From an uncultured Chloroflexia bacterium (GTDB lineage Bacteria > Chloroflexota > Limnocylindria > Limnocylindrales > CSP1-4), in assembly GCA_963795645.1 (NCBI GenBank), contig CAWCIK010000006.1:1377761-1441760 (forward strand): a stretch of 64,000 bases of DNA. The letters run 5' to 3'. Below the pieces are notes generated by a model. That model searched no databases, was not told where the DNA came from, and saw only the letters and a list, made by a program, of their open reading frames with translations. A program made the translations under genes and the position numbers. Below, in pieces: positions 63,579 through 64,000 of this stretch. Numbering within the stretch: position 1 is the stretch's first letter; every line of letters begins with the position of its first letter.

Positions 63579-64000
63579 CGAGAGTCGATCGATCCCGTGT
63601 CGCGCCATCGAATTCGAGCTCTTCCTCACGTCGCGCCGCAACATCGTCGGCTCGGCGCTCGGGTTGGCTGGTCTGGGCATGCTCTTGTTCGGCATCACGA
63701 GCGGCGCCATCGGTCTGGTCGTTGTCGCCGGCCTCTACGCCATCGGCTATCTGGTCACGCCGCCGGAGCGTGGCTTGAGACTGTCGTTGTTCAACACCGA
63801 GGACACGCGTGACATCCGCAGCGGCCTCGAACGGCTGCTGTCGAGCATCCGCTTCCGAGTTGCAGACGACGTGTTCCAGAAGGTCGGCAGCATCGCCCAC
63901 TCGATCGTGGTGACTCTGCCGGCCGACGGCGGGGGCGTCGATCGGGCCGATCCGAACGTCAACCTGGTCCGCCAGACGGCGCTGTCGTATCTGCCCGAGG
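63532..64000 (+). CDS. Membrane protein, partial (runs off window end); possibly XpaC-like partner of TelA
   Basis: My translation from ATG 63532 reads MTARAIDREPAPAAPDESRSIPCRAIEFELFLTSRRNIVGSALGLAGLGMLLFGITSGAIGLVVVAGLYAIGYLVTPPERGL..RFRVADDVFQKVGSIAHSIVVTL.., open to position 64000. Two TM helices. The XpaC assignment comes from the known telA-like/xpaC adjacency in Bacillus and is tentative. Confidence 0.45.
   Translation, partial: MTARAIDREPAPAAPDESRSIPCRAIEFELFLTSRRNIVGSALGLAGLGMLLFGITSGAIGLVVVAGLYAIGYLVTPPERGLRLSLFNTEDTRDIRSGLERLLSSIRFRVADDVFQKVGSIAHSIVVTLPADGGGVDRADPNVNLVRQTALSYLPE

Overview
GC-rich bacterial chromosomal segment: by eye about two-thirds or more G+C, with codon third positions almost all G/C. 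GTG/TTG starts and 1-4 nt start/stop overlaps (ATGA, GTGA, TGATG) are frequent. Gene content resembles Actinomycetota or another high-GC soil lineage, but I cannot assign taxonomy without a search. I support about 63 protein-coding genes or gene remnants. I found no rRNA, tRNA, CRISPR array, transposase, integrase or phage genes. Most long antisense ORFs in the track are GC-driven shadow ORFs.

Layout:
- 1-1210: two-component system.
- 1366-5180: two low-complexity membrane proteins, then ApbE, a ferric-reductase-like TM protein, ferredoxin and an FNR-like reductase.
- 5220-8933: UvrD-type helicase / PD-(D/E)XK nuclease with at least 4 frame breaks.
- 8930-16069: MFS transporter, solute-binding lipoprotein, DUF2652-like protein, and an operon of PTE-like hydrolase, FAD oxidoreductase, KDPG aldolase and SDR.
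- 16017-16968: RES-Xre toxin-antitoxin pair.
- 17716-21755: divergent pair of PEP-utilising phosphotransferase-like genes, followed by transaldolase, ABM and GntR.
- 23845-28291: HprK-like P-loop gene plus a three-subunit molybdenum hydroxylase.
- 28308-33745: three paralogous secreted proteins of unrecognised family, interleaved with an ABC-2 exporter, a PCD-VOC fusion and a PHP phosphatase.
- 36507-48602: 12-gene plus-strand catabolic cluster with an embedded LacI regulator.
- 48748-49155: small XRE regulator flanked by conserved hairpin repeats.
- 49235-61356: minus-strand sugar-utilisation island (ABC importer, ROK kinase, NagA, SIS, DeoC, TIM-barrel isomerase, two decayed Gfo/Idh/MocA genes).
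- 61403-64000: SIMPL, TelA and a partial membrane protein.

Most worth follow-up:
- the secreted paralog family;
- the split PEP-synthase-like pair;
- two families of conserved intergenic hairpin elements (one REP-like, one MITE-like);
- the ferredoxin/FNR junction, which has an in-frame TGA and no usable start codon;
- five disrupted genes clustered among otherwise intact long ORFs.

I see no defence system or other obviously spectacular novel system. All family assignments rest on motif recognition from the translations, not on database searches.
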